DNA of 53,444 nucleotides, counting the filler, from Sphacelaria rigidula (lineage: Eukaryota): assembly GCA_964200075.2 (NCBI GenBank). It is 5 parts of 5 records of this genome, joined end to end, with 100 filler letters (N's around TTAATTAATTAA, not from the genome) between each part and the next. Parts side by side here need not be neighbours in the genome. Positions count along the whole stretch, not along the records: positions 32,130 to 42,737 come from CAXNAA020006208.1; positions 42,838 to 53,444 come from CAXNAA020006209.1; 3 more parts are not named here. One strand, given 5' to 3'. The notes beneath the pieces are model-generated. The model ran no database searches, was not told where the DNA came from, and was given only the letters and a program-made list of their open reading frames with translations. How positions within the stretch are numbered: position 1 is the first letter of the stretch; every line of letters begins with the position of its first letter. The position numbers and the translations under genes are program-made. This document shows positions 34,380 through 47,305 of the stretch, in pieces.

Positions 34380-35480
34380 AAATGTTCTACACACTGGACA
34401 ATACAAAAGGTAATACGTGTCTATTGCCCGCCCAATATGTTGACGTGTCGCGTGCTCAGTATTCATTGACCGAGCAATATGATTGTACGAAAGAGAGGTC
34501 AATATATATACATACATATATATATATATATATCGTGTAAATAATATGTCAAGGCTCGCGACATGCAATACATATCGACCTAACAATATTTCACGACACG
34601 CGCCACCTCAATATATGTTGGCCGAGTAGTATGCTGGCGTGGTAAGGTGCCAATGTATATTTGTTGAGTAATTTGTTGGTTGCCACACGAGGTCAATACA
34701 TATTGACGATTCAACACACTCAACACGCGAAGCAGCGATATATGTTGCCGGTGCAAATCGTGCGTCAATGCGCCCAATACATATTGGGCGAACAATACAC
34801 GAGGGAATCGACCGTCGCAATGGATGTGGTCAAGCCATACATGGTGCCGCTTTAATTCGTGTATCGTAAAGTGCATAGTAATCAGTATAGTGGACACTCT
34901 TGTGTTCGCGGGCGCCATCGAAAATGTATAATCAGATGGCGAAGACTTCGTGAGCGTGTTCAATATATACTGGCTGCACAATAGCGATAGGATGAGCGTG
35001 CGCAATATATGCAGGAAAAGCAAATTCCCGACGCCTCGAGATATTGTGCAGGAGCTATATCACATATTGTTCAGTGTACGTTGCAGACAACAGCACTTGA
35101 ATAATACAGCTCGGTGAAACATATCCTCGGCATCGATACACCCGCCCAATGTGTGTTTGTTGGGTGTTGTATTGTCGCACACGCTACCCCGGAAAAAATA
35201 CTGACCGGGCGATACGTTGTCACCCATACGACCCCAATTATTCGGACCGGGCATGATGATGTCACCCACCCGGCCCCGATATTTATCAACCGGGAAATAA
35301 TTCGTCAGCCACACGGCCCCAACACATATTGATGAGACGGTGTCGTTGCAATCCCATGATACCAATATATTTATCGGACGGGCAAAACGTGTGCAGTCCC
35401 AGGGTATCAATATACGTTACCCCGGCAATATATCGCCATATTCCAGTATGATCGTACGGATTTTCCAAACTGTGCCATGT
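34380..35480. repeat. Degenerate repeat blocks rich in CAATAT/ATATTG and ACCCGGC/CCGGGC words
   Basis: Dense recurrence of these words on both strands; no clean unit boundary. Confidence 0.5.
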
Positions 35481-35910
35481 ACCATTACGCAAGGCACATG
35501 AGTATCACTGGTGCCTATGTATCTTGGCTGTCGATCCATCGAGCGTGGCGGCGGTAGCCGCTGAAACTCTTGTATGTACAGTATAGGAATTGTATGGCAT
35601 TGTTCAGAGTGTGTGATGTTCCCTCTTCTTTTTTTATTTCACCGACCGGGATATCATCGCGGAGGAAGCTACTGCTGCTTCTGTCATTTCGTTCTTTCGT
35701 TCCTCCGTTCCTTCGTTCATCCCTTGAGAACCATACCCAGATTTCGGCACACATTTTGGCTTTACATCACGACCATTTTTTTCAAGTATACTAGGCAAAT
35801 ACTGGTGAATGGTCCCCGTTCTCCACCCTGGAGTGGGTATCGTGGAACGATACCAGCAAGTGCTGCTGCAGCACATGAGTTCGAGAATGAAAACTGTTTC
35901 TCGCTTTCCA

Positions 35911-36204
35911 CCTTGGCCGTCCGATAAGGGTCGTGTAGTTCAAGGTCAGCTAGTGAGGTCATGCGCTAGGACGCACTTGGGCTGCGAGCCTGAGTTATTA
36001 CCCAAAGTAATCCAATATTTCATTCCGGACACGATGTTTCCTGTGTTTCGCAGACAGGAGGAGCAGGATGTTGTTCCTCCACGGAGAATTCTCGACAGGG
36101 ACGAGGGTGTTGTAGTAGATCTGATCTTGGTCGGGGATGTGATTTTGGTTGAGTCACCAGGTGTACTTCCGGAACACATCTTGGATTTCGGCCGACTGGA
36201 TCAC
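35911..36204 (-). pseudogene. Decayed coding remnant (VIQSAEIQDVFRKYTW*LNQNHIPDQDQIYYNTLVPVENSPWRNNILLLL...)
   Basis: GC3-rich codons with scattered stops. The + strand ORF 35809-36423 is its antisense shadow. Confidence 0.5.
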
Positions 36205-37717
36205 TGTACAGTAATCGCATCATGGTTGACGTTTGATTTTACAGCCACTCGCGGCCGCATCGTAGGACAGGCACCCAAAGTGCGTTCGGTCCCCCACCGC
36301 CAGCGGCGTATGTTTCCGCGGAACAACTCACACGCGCCACCCCAGCATATCACCGAACTTCGTACATCTTCAGCACACCCACGCCGTTGGATTCATTCCC
36401 ATGCTGTTGACTCTTTTGCATGAAACTTACCATCCGGTGCTGACGCTCTCACAGAATATGATATTTCTCCGTAACATGGACACCAAATGCACCCTCAACC
36501 ACTAGGCACCACGAAACCTAGCGAAAAGCTGCCCCACTCGTCAGGATCGTTCACCCACCACACAGCCCTCAGCAACGCCGGGCGACCACTGTGAATCGTT
36601 CCGAGCAAGCACCATGCCAGGAATGAAGAGTACTATTGTTGAACAGCGCTCGACACGTGCTCACCAATGCTCTGGCTGCGCTCGCAAGTTGCACCCACAT
36701 GAAACAGTACGGGGCGACACGGCGTACCCAGGGTTGAACGCTGTCGCTAAGTTGGCGGTGGCTGGGCGAAGAACCATCCTCGAACCCACCACTTGAACCC
36801 CATACCCCGATCGCGAGGTCGGCGGTAACCAGCTGAGCAGTCTTCGAATCCAACATTACACCTCTAGTGCTTTAGGTAGCGCGCCTTCCTCAATTTACCA
36901 GTCCAACACGTACACCATATGTTGCGAGGTTGGCAAGAGCCGGGTAAGCGACCGTCAAAACCGAACATGTTGCTTGGTAAAATCGACTTGAATCTTCAAC
37001 CCAGCATATATACACACACTCGTCGCGAGGCCGTTATTGACCAGATGAGCGACCCTGAAAACGAATATTTGCACCCCGTATGCTCTGGGTTGTGTCAACT
37101 TCGATGTGTAAACCCAAACCCGCACACCCATCGCGAGGTCAACGAAAGTTGGGCGAGCGACCCTCGAGCTCAGCGCCTGCGCCGTCCGTGCTAGGGGTAG
37201 CACCGGCATGACGTGTCGACGCTGCAAGTGTAGAGCGGATTCAATTGGGCGGCGTGTGTGTTTTTTGCAACAGCAATTTGAAACGTGTCAAACAGGGGCT
37301 TGCGCGCACACCCTGCCTTGATATTTGAGTCCACGACAAAGTGTGCATTCGTCCCAGCACAAGCGGCACCAGCCCAACGAAGCGGTAGCTGTAGTCTGGA
37401 GACAAAGCCACTGAAAAGTATGCACACGCGCCACCTACCGTTGGTCAAGGACAGATTAAAGCAGTACATACCCTGAACGATATATGGCCAATAGTGGCAA
37501 TAGGCAGAAATGTACTGAGTAAAGTATAGGCCTATTGCGCCCATTGTCGCCAACTACAGTTGCATATAGGCCTATGGTTTACGCAGTACATTTTCTGTTG
37601 TAACTCTTGACCTTGTGTTGTCCAGGCTGTGAAAAAGTATCACACAATGGTAGAGTCAGTAAGTACAATGGCGTTATCACTGACGGCGGTGACAGTGGGA
37701 GCTCACGCGCAGCGCTT

Positions 37718-38370
37718 CGGCACTGGGGGGCGGATTGTGCATTCAAGTACATGGCACCGCGCTTCACGCGGTACCAGCAAATGCAAATGAACACCAGCGT
37801 AGTTCGAAGGAGTAGGCGGTGTATGGTCAGCCGACGATCGCTGACAAGGCAGGCCGGCGGCGCAGCTCCACCGTTGCCTGTGTTCTTCTTCGAGCGCGCG
37901 TAAACGCACATCGGTCATGAGATGTGGTGCTGCACGAGTTCTCCCTCGATGTAGATTTCTGCATCTTCCCCTCTCTTGGTCGGTGAGACCCTATGGTCAC
38001 CCGCAGCCATGTTACACATCGAATCGCTTCGGAATGCTGGTACCGAGGCGCTGGCTGCTGCCCAGTTGAAGATTTCTGCGTTGTGTGGACATTGGACAAT
38101 GACGACTTCTTAGTCAACACGATCAAGCCCATTCTGGGTGCGTGAAATTTTTTGAAGCGTTGTTCAGTTCTCGGCACCCCGATGGAGGCCAACCTATTCT
38201 TACCATTTTTGCTTAAGTTTTTCTCGGGCCACCACAGATGCCAGCAAGATGTCCGGCTGACACCTGGATAGGCACCCGGATGGATCTTCACTTTCAAGCG
38301 ACGCCACAAAATCCTTGCTGTTCACAGCCACGTGCGGTTCCTCAGATACTAGAACTTGTATCATGAGTAA
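37718..38370 (+). pseudogene. Decayed coding remnant, possibly glycosyltransferase-like (CVVWTLDNDDFLVNTIKPILG)
   Basis: The frame from 37921 is GC3-rich with 4 internal stops and has a hydrophobic-strand-DxDD motif at 38092-38109. The upstream part is in another frame. Confidence 0.4.
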
Positions 38371-39103
38371 ATCCTGATTGGTATCCTATTTGTGTGAGTG
38401 TTCACAATACCAAGCGTGACGAGCATACCGTCAGTCCGTAGTTACGTTCGGGGGCAGGCTCTTCAGCTTACCGACAGAAATTTCAAGGAAGACGCTCATA
38501 TCATGACGGATTGTCGCACTCGAAGTTCCTTCAGGGTTACAGTACTGTGTAGTGGCAGGGGCGCATCCAGTGGTCAGCAGCGTGTGTTCACAGAGGAACC
38601 TAGGCGGTTTATGCATTTCTTGGGTGCTTGCAAGGATCGGACGAATCATCGCTGGTTTGAATCGCCGAATTTACGATGTCTGAGGCCTGAATACTCGAAA
38701 TAGATTGAAAATGCCGACCGCGGGTGGAAAAAGTCTCCATGCATTTGTTTGCGCTATTCCATGTGCCTGAGGTGCGCGTGCTTGGGGTGCAACGTTGGAA
38801 ACAAAGCCCAAGGATTGATTCGCACGGTACGAACTAATAACACTAAGATAAAAAATTGTTCAGACGAATCAACTTTCGTCCGACCTCTCGATGCTTGGTA
38901 TTGTGTCCGGTGCCACGTACAACGATGGAGTGTTGAGTTATTTGTTCATTGTAGATATCATTCATTTGCATCAAGCAAGGATTGCAAGTCAACGTGCACC
39001 ATGCTCAATGTTCGAAATATTTTCTCTCTCCCGCCTCTCTCACCTCCACCTGTTCGTGTTCTTGAAAATGACTCCGCTCATATTTGTTGTTGTTTTCCCG
39101 CAG

Positions 39104-40118
39104 GAGCGGTTTCTGTACCGCGCACGGCCTGAATTTCGGAACGATTATTGCAAGGAGCGATCGAGAGTCATGGTGAGTATTTTTTGGGATTCCGAAGACA
39201 CACAGACGCCTCGATGACGCCACGTAGTTAGAAGCTCCACGATGGGAGCGTCACACGGTGTATTCAAGTCAAACATTCGTTTAACGGGGTCGAGTGTTCG
39301 GGTAGACCGCGTGGGTTCAGGATTTGTTGCGCACAGTGGGTAAAATGCGTTTTCTTGACATTCAGTAGACGATATTCTTGTTTGTGCCCTCGTTGTTGAA
39401 GTTTTTCGCCCATCAATTCCGAGTCTGTATTTGTCTAAGGGCAAGTATTGAATAGATTGTCTGCATGGAGAATGACTCGATCTACCATTCCTTTTCCCCT
39501 GCCCTGCCCCCGCGCGCGGACATGTGAACGATGTTTACTTCTCACGCGTGGCAGAACAACAAGTTTCCTAGTGTCTCAATACACGTTCGCACAGGGGACA
39601 ACAAGGACTACCTCCCGGCCCGGATGGCATCACTGCCGCAGGTACCTGGTATCAAGCACAATAGCCATACCAAACAACTTGGCGTATGACAGCAGGACTT
39701 CGTCAAACCACGCCGTCGATGGCATCATACGGTAGTCCCTGGATAACGTTCAATGCAGCGCTCAGTAACTTCCCTCAACCTAGCACACCCGTGTGATCTA
39801 CTTGTGAACGGTACCCACGACTGGTATACCTTTCTCTCTATATATACATATCGTTTAGCACTCCCACTTTTAGACATTTTCCGTAGTGCTATGTGCAGCG
39901 CGCGTACGTTGTGCTGGACGTTTGCTCTTCACGTAAAACATGCCATTGCCTTCACGTGGCATGTGCTAGGCTGGCACGACACCAACTGGAAAAAAGTCTT
40001 TCAGTACGACATTTTACCGCATGATTCCTACTTGGCCGAGCTGCGCTTCGCTCACCACACCCTTCCTCCTCGTGCCGCGTCATGGGCCGGTGAAGGAGGG
40101 AGGCCCTTCCGTAGCTAA
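39104..40118 (+). pseudogene. Intron-containing remnant, possibly a Mutator-like transposase C-terminus with a degenerate SWIM finger
   Basis: Exon 39104-39172 (CCCGCAG|...ATG|GTGAGT), a segment from 39595 with RTSSNHAV, and a segment from 39887 with CS...LHVKHAIA resembling CxC...PCxHAIA. Confidence 0.3.
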
Positions 40119-41472
40119 CCAACACGGTGTCACCGAGGAAGCTACGGAGTCACCTTGTATGCTGCAGTACAGTGCAATAGTATGCATGTGCAGAGTGTGC
40201 ACATCATGTGCGATCGCGAACAAAAGCAAAACACCAGCGTTGCATGACCGTAGGATGCAACGAAACACCAACTTTTGATTGCACTGCTCGTCGAAACCGG
40301 TATGAAACCCGGAGCCGTTTGCCTTGCTGTTTGCGCCAACACCTCTTACGTGGCGTAGCGAAGACCAATTTCGGACAACTGGTCGAAATCAGGCTGTCTC
40401 AGAGGGAAATATTGAAAAAAAAATACTGATTCACGACGTACGTAATTTTTAGTCGAAGAATCTAAACCCGGTCTTGGCTACTCAATACAGGACACCTGTG
40501 CCGAGGTGCTCGCACACCGTGCATCGCCAGTATGTGTCTCCTCGTGTCGAGTATCGCTATCGAAATGTGTCTCCAAGGCACCCCACCAGGCGTAAGTACC
40601 CATAATTAGATTATGACGTACAAGCGTAAAGTACGCGGTCAACAGTGGTGGTTCGGGCACATTTTCGGCTTTTGACCAGTGATGGTCGCCATCCCACCTG
40701 TACAGGCGCGGTACAGTTGCATTGTACTATACCGCTCCGTACCATGACGGTACAGTCATCGACGCTTGCGTACAGCTTAGGCACCCTACCCCTACACACA
40801 ATCATTAGTAGCAAGCAGTATTCTATCGGGTGTGATGGCTGTTGGACAGCGATGACGGTTATGCGCAAGGGATCGTTGATGCCTCCCTGCAGTCTGGAAG
40901 ATTGTCAAGCCTTCACAGGTAGCTGGCTCAATCTTGTAGTTCATACTCTCGCGGCAGCTTTTCACTCCAAGATGCTTGTACACGTGTTGAGGTCGCTCCT
41001 GAACGCCTATACGTGAGCTGGTAAAATCTGTGACGTCTTGTACGGCATCGCTTTGTCTACGGGCGTATGCGATGGTTGCAACCGAAGCATCAAAACGAGG
41101 CACGGTTGAAATTCAATATGTCGAGCCGACTCCGCTCGTGCTTGCCCTTTGTTTGGCTCACTTTCTGCCGGCCGCATGACACCCGCGCTCCTCACCACTC
41201 AGACCTTACGGCACGCTCGTAGATGAGTTATCACGTGCCGAGCTATTGAAAAAAAATGAGGTGAATTGCAGAAAAAAAGAAAGAAATGTCCGGGGCATAT
41301 AACTGACAATCGGCTGCATGTATGTACATGCACCGCGACAGTTGTCTGTATATGCATACTGTGCTGCAGTGTGCCATAATACAGTGACTTCGCACATCAC
41401 ACATGTAATCATGCCGCTCATTTAGATCATGCATGAAAATGGCGATATCCACATGAATGATACAGTACGCTC

Positions 41473-42737
41473 ATGTCTTCACAAGCTGCTGGCAAGAAGG
41501 ATCACGCAGTAAAATGTCGAAAACTCGAGCGCGCGGCACATAGGGTGATGATACGTGTAAGTGATCTCGAAATACTGCACGACGCAGGCGTTGACGTTTT
41601 GCTGCATATTTTTGCACTCGTGTACTACTTATACATGCACATCTGTGACCTATGGTGTATGGTTTTGTTTCCGCTGAATCGAACTTACCGGCCTTCGGTC
41701 AACCTGTACTTTCTTTTGTGAAAACATAGAAGTAGCATTGATGGCGTCATGCGAACCGCGTGGGAGGGGGGGGGGGGGGCATGCAATGACAAAACAAAAA
41801 GTGCGCCCTTCACACGGTGAGCTTGTCGCTACTCCAGCAAAGCCGTGTACAGAACCGTGTACCGTGCTGTAGGCGGTGCCACTGCGGCGTGCGTGTATCA
41901 CGTGTGCGTGCACAAAGCCGAGACACCACAACCTTTGTAGGCGGTGTAGATGTACACATGGAACACGCCGACCACATATCACCCTATGCTCCACATGTCA
42001 CCCCATGGATCCGGAAGCCACTACTCCTACCCACACGTGTGTCCACCCTTCCGTTCACCCCGCTTATGTTTGTGAGCACTAATGAGACGATCTCTTCGCA
42101 TACGCTCATGAAAATATTCGCTGCCATCCCGTATCATTTTGTGCGGGAAACTTTCGAATGACATGATTCAACTCTACATCAAGTAACGTTGGACCCGCGT
42201 GCAGAAGATTATTTCGCGCCGGCTACTGACATGCATGATCTCTCCCCACACGTCTGACTTCTGTTGTCAGGATTTGGAAAACTTCGTAGCGTGCGCTACC
42301 GGTTTCCAGGAAGGGTTGACGTCTATTATGGGCGGATCATCCGGTAAGGTTTTACGTCGTTCATATGGGACTGTGATACGACCAGTTTTTCTCAAAAGAG
42401 GTTTCACCCTTCTGAGACTGGGCCTCCAGAACGACCAACGAGGCTGGTTAGGAATGACCTGTCCTGCATATGCATGAAACGTTGACTTTATGTTGCTGAA
42501 AATCAACGTATGTATGTAACGGCAGGGGTAGATGAAGACCGAAAGTTTCATTCTATCTATTTTCAGGTGCAGGTACAAACTGTCTCAAGTATCAATCGGG
42601 TGTTGTGCGCATCAGGCAATGTACAAATGTATCAAGCAGTATCAATCGCAGTGGAGAGCTTTCAACAGGATGTGGTAACCGCTGCCCGTCACTTGTGGCC
42701 TTGGATATCGTCCTTATCACCTCGCCACACAGCCCTC
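41473..42737 (+). other. Three exon-like segments (41473-41556, 42271-~42446, 42567-scaffold end); gene model ambiguous
   Basis: ATG...|GTAAGT donor, CTGTTGTCAG| and TATTTTCAG| acceptors. More than one phase-compatible join exists. Confidence 0.3.
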
Positions 42738-42837
42738 NNNNNNNNNNNNNNNNNNNNNNNNNNNNNNNNNNNNNNNNNNNNTTAATTAATTAANNNNNNN
42801 NNNNNNNNNNNNNNNNNNNNNNNNNNNNNNNNNNNNN
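42738..42837. other. Artificial scaffold-concatenation linker
   Basis: 44 N + TTAATTAATTAA + 44 N. Confidence 0.98.
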
Positions 42838-43318
42838 CCGGCTTTGTAGGGATGCGAGGTCAAATGGTGTTATAACTATGGCATGCATGATCATGAGTAC
42901 ACCCCCCTGGACCTGCCAGAAAGAAGGAAGGGATGTACCAGTAATCGAGTGGATGAGGAAGAAGATGCACAGAGCTGCCCCTGTGGCAAAGCAATAGAGA
43001 GTAGAACTCATACAGTGGCAGAATGTGAACTATGCAAGGAGGGACGATACGTGTTGAAGAAAATGTTGGAAGTAAACGAAGGTGGAATGAACACGTTTGA
43101 TGCATTACACAGTAGCGAGAAAACGATTGCTATACTAGGAGGTGAATTGTGGCCACAGACGGTGAAACAGGACAGGATACAGTAGGACATGTAGAAGATT
43201 TTGTGCAACGTATGGAAGAAACGTAACGAACGCCCAAATATTGGAGATGTCTCTATAAGGATTAGGAACAGTGCTCCGTCTCGAAACGGATGCGTGGTCG
43301 ATGATCAAACGACAAAGG
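42838..43318 (+). mobile_element. Type B 3' end + C-run + type A LINE 3' fragment with CCHC-type zinc motif
   Basis: ...GGCATGCATGATCATGAGTACACCCCCC, then DLPERRKGCTSNRVDEEEDAQSCPCGKAIESRTHTVAECELCKE...TIAILGGELWPQ. The C-x-C...E-S-x-x-H-x-x-x-x-C pattern resembles LINE ORF2 C-termini. Confidence 0.85.
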
Positions 43319-43375
43319 TGATTCGAGATCTTCGGCGCTGCTCCCACCGCTGACGCCCTTACACCAAAAATAATA

Positions 43376-43616
43376 CAAGGATGTGTTGGGTAAGGTATAT
43401 CCCACAACGGAGTATTTTGAAAAATCGTATAAAAAGTACCCAAAACGCGGGTAGAGTAATTGAGATCGTACTGAACAATACCCAGATATTGGGTAGAGTA
43501 TTGCGATCGTACCTCATCATACCCGACAATTGGGTAGAGTTTGAAGATCGGACCATCGCAACCCAAAATTCGGGAGGGTAAATACCCAGGTATTTGCCTT
43601 ATTTAACATACCCTTG
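43376..43616. mobile_element. Small MITE with internal ~39-bp tandem units
   Basis: CAAGGATGTGTTGGGTAAGG matches the reverse complement CAAGGGTATGTTAAATAAGG at 15/20. Internal ACCC....GGGTAGAGT...GATCG occurs 3-4 times. Confidence 0.65.
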
Positions 43617-45140
43617 AAATAATGAGCTCATGACGCAACTCTTCTAGAAAAAGTAAAAAGGTGGTCTCCCCCTATGAAATCGGCGCCTTCCGACCGTAGT
43701 CCGTGCTCTACAGTCGAGTAGCAGCACACCGCAGAGCGAAAAGCGCAGCACACACCGCAGCCGGTGCTTCACTTTTGGCCTCTGTGCTCGCCTAAGCCTT
43801 TATGTGCGTTGGTGCTTTAAATGTTATGTTCCATGTTTGCTCAAGTTACACAGTTTGTTGTGTACACCCTGATATATTGCCACGCTTTGGCCGGGGGATT
43901 TCATCAAGCGGGTATGTGGCGAACGCCTCATGAAAAAAAAAATGTATAAATATATATATATACATGAAGGTTTCCCTTCGAGGGGTTGGTACGGGCCTCC
44001 CGGGGATGACGCAAGTCGAAAATGTCAAGAGAGGCTGTTGTATATCAATGTACAGTAGTGATCGTGGCTGTACAAAGCATCGCATGCGTTATCGGATTTC
44101 GTTCGGAAATATGGGAATTCGGACGGAGGCCAACGGCGAAACCCGCGGCGTAGGACATGTGTCGTATTCCCGAGGTGCCAGAGTGCAAAGTAGTTCTCGT
44201 GCCACAAAGACATGACGCAACGGGAGGCACTTCCCGAAAAACCGGAATGCGTGGAACATTCTTGGCATATTCTTTGTACATCACTGTGACTTCCACACGA
44301 CCGCGCCTTTTTTCAAAACAGGGCGATTGCTTTTTGCGACAAAACATTCCTGTGCTGCCGTGCAGCTGTGCCGTGTTCAACTCGCCAACGGCTCATTGCA
44401 CAACCTTGTGTTTGCTGCTGACTAAGGCCAAGGCAATGTTCAATTCTTTTCAACTGCTTTGCTCTCATGTTCTCGTGACAATGGCGGCATAACCGGTGAG
44501 TTCGTGCTCCCAAATGAACGAGAACACGATAGAGGGAAACACGGGAAAAGAATACGCCGCCAAAAGTAATCCTGTTTGAATATTTCCATGATCTTCAATA
44601 GGCTTTTTTGTGGTTCGGGTTCCTGTTTCAAGTTTTCCATGATCTCGAAAGGGCTTTTGTGGTTCGGGATCGACACCCCGCGAGAAAGGGCCCGTTTGAG
44701 CGACTTTCGGTGGCCAGAACACGCGCCACAGGTATCAGATGACATCAAGCCTGAACGACGATGTACCACTGAGCCTTTTCTCAGTGCGCTGCAAAAGGAA
44801 GCGCGGGGGGAAAATGCCTTGTCGCCAAGGAAAGCTCTGCACAAGTGGTGAAAAATATGAAAAGATACATGTACATTTAAATATACATGGGGAAATGGGG
44901 CATTTTAGTGAAACAATTTCTGTGCGGGCGGCCTGGTTATTGACGTGTCTTTGTGCTGGAGAAATCGTTATGCCTGGATGAGAAAAAGGACTGCTCCATC
45001 CACATGAGTCAGTTGCAGCTATAAAGCCTGGGATACGTGCTTTGGTCGTAAGACAAAGGAAGGAACTACACGCCGAGTGTACTGCGGAATACACGTGAAT
45101 ACGTCGCGCATCCGTTCACGAGTTCAAACCCCTCTTCCTA

Positions 45141-45215
45141 GGACTACGGCATGCAAGATCATGAGTGCCCCCCCCTCCATCATTCCATGCCGAACACCTG
45201 AGTACACCCCCCCCC
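45141..45215 (+). mobile_element. Two very short type B 3' ends, each followed by a C-run, just upstream of a splice acceptor
   Basis: GGACTACGGCATGCAAGATCATGAGTG + C8, and CTGAGTACA + C9. Confidence 0.7.
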
Positions 45216-45272
45216 TCATACTGGTCCTCGCGTTCTTCCTTCGTTCGTTGGCCTCATCTTCCCAAAATGCAG

Positions 45273-45704
45273 GTGAAGAAATCCCTGCCTCGAGACCTCA
45301 AGCCGGCGCTGGAGAATGACCCCGCTTTAAGACGTTGGCCGTCAAAAAACGGTCGGAAGAACGACCACCCGGCTTCTTCGGCAGAACCCGCCGCACGTGC
45401 GGCACGCAGAGAAACGCTGGAAGCATATCGCCGAGACATGCTACGGGTATCCCTCGCCGCGACCGTGGCGGAAGCCCGGGGTATAGGCGAACGGCGCAAC
45501 GCACCAGGCATCCTCTTCGTAGAAACGGGGGAGACGAACGTGCGTAGGGTAGCCACCGTCGCTGCAAGGGAAGCGGCTAGAGAGTTGGTTACGGGTGCGC
45601 ACGGGGGGGCGACCCGAGGGCGGAGGTTTCAGCTACCGTCGGCTACTGCGGGCGGGGCACGTGCGCAGAAGCGGGCGGCTCTTGAAAAAGAGCCCGTGGG
45701 CTGA
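45273..45704 (+). CDS. Probable terminal exon of a host gene (143 aa, Ala/Arg-rich), function unknown
   Basis: Pyrimidine tract + AAAATGCAG| acceptor, GC-rich open frame to TGA, followed by a GT-rich 3'UTR-like tract. Confidence 0.7.
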   Translation: MKKSLPRDLKPALENDPALRRWPSKNGRKNDHPASSAEPAARAARRETLEAYRRDMLRVSLAATVAEARGIGERRNAPGILFVETGETNVRRVATVAAREAARELVTGAHGGATRGRRFQLPSATAGGARAQKRAALEKEPVG

Positions 45705-46901
45705 GATCTGCGAATTGCTGTTTTTTTTGTGTCTCCTTTTCATGTGTAGTTGAGATGCATTTGTGTTGCGGTGTGTAATGTGTGTGTATGCGCGCGTGCA
45801 TGCGCGTTCTGGAGTGACATTGTGCTTTTGTGGTGGGGATACTGTTGATGTGGCGTGTGTATGGTCATTTTTGAGATTTGAGGAGGATTAGAGCATTCAT
45901 GTCGTTGAGGTTTTGAGCCGTACTGTTTGTTTATTCACGGCCATGGTGTAATGGTTATGTTTTTTTCTGGGGCGAGGACAGGAAGGGTTACAGTTGTAGA
46001 TACGCTAGATTCACATGACTGTATTCCTGTCTCGTGCTGTTGCGTTTGAAGAGCTGTTTTTTCAGTTTTTATGCGTTGTAGAACGAGCGCGTGTGAGGGT
46101 GTGTGTATGCGTATTGCATGCATGATAAATTTGCCAATGTTTCGCCGCGTTTGTTCCTAGGAGTACGAGTAGTGTGTTTTTTGTTCACCCATCAGATCGC
46201 GTTTCTTGAGTGCTCGCCTCCGTCCGTGTCTTCGTAAGTCAAGCTGTAGTGCGCTTGTCGCAAAACCAATAGGGTAAACATATGAATGGAAAAATACTGT
46301 CAACCAAACTCATGTAGCTGTTCCGCGGACAAAATATGATATTTGTGAGGGATAACATGCAATCGTTCCTGGCGTGCAGGACGATGAGCGCGATTTGACG
46401 ACCAGCAGCCATGAAAGGAGAGGCAAGGCGTTCCAATTTCACAAAGTGAAATTGGTTCCTGCTGCGGGTAAAAATTCGACTAGTCGGTTTTTTGCGACTT
46501 GATTTCTGCGACTCGAATTTGCGACATTTTTTTTGCTGGATTTTTCAATTCTAAAACCCCTACTGATTCCGGTTTTGGGGGGGAAACTTTGTCGAACAAA
46601 AACCAAACGCATGTTGCTCCAAGCGGCACCTGGACACACAGCAGTTGCTGCCACCTACCTAGTATCATCCTCCAAATCGAAGTCTTGAGAGAGAACGCCC
46701 AGCGTTTGTTGCCCATGTACAAGAATAATATGTTTACAAATAGTATCATGCTCCAAATCGTACCCGACAAGGGGGCAACATCCCCGTACACAATAGCAAT
46801 GCTAGCGAATCCTGCGTCCGGACAGTCTGGCAGCCGGCAAGGTGGTTATGGTATAGCGTCCTTCTAGCGATATCAACTTACAGTGCACTGTTATTTTGCA
46901 G

Positions 46902-47305
46902 GTGAAAATTTCGGCGATTGCCTTCACTGCAGTTCGCCCACATGTTGCGGATTTATTTTACGGCATCCTTGAGTAACATTACATACATTTACATGTGGAA
47001 ATGTACCAGACCCTGCATTACAAATGGAAATGTACCCAACCATGGGCAAAGATTTCTACAGTCAGTACGGACACGATGTTGAAAATGTACTGCGCACAGT
47101 CGAAGTGCTGTATGTGTTGTCTCATCTATTCTGGACGTCTGTCTCCACCTTTCGGTATATGTGGGCGCACCAGCCGCGGCTGTGTTACCATACAGCTTCG
47201 CCCAAGATGCAGGCAGCCATTACAGTGGCGGAGGCGGCCCTTTACTCCTGCGTGCGCCACCTAGGGCAAACGCATGCTGTAGCTGCTACGCGGGCAGCTT
47301 TGTAA
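46902..47305 (+). pseudogene. Cys/His-rich coding remnant interrupted by a SINE fragment
   Basis: TTATTTTGCAG| then ENFGDCLHCSSPTCCGFILRHP*VTLHTFTCG...MGKDFYSQYGHDVENVLRTVEVL[SINE]CYHTASPKMQAAITVAEAALYSCVRHLGQTH. Confidence 0.4.
47113..47177 (-). mobile_element. Short 3' fragment of the tRNA-SINE family
   Basis: Reverse complement of GGCTGGTGCGCCCACATATACCGAAAGGTGGAGACAGACGTCCAGAATAGATGAGACAACACA; flanked by GCTGT at 47107 and 47179. Confidence 0.8.

Noticed and set aside
35809-36423. 204-aa plus-strand ORF
   Set aside because: Antisense shadow of the GC3-biased minus-strand remnant.
46655-46830. KUP/HAK transporter or channel-pore exon on the minus strand (SIAIVYGDVAPLSG)
   Set aside because: Only VYGD matches; GTSPLY or TVGYGD is absent and no supporting exons were found.
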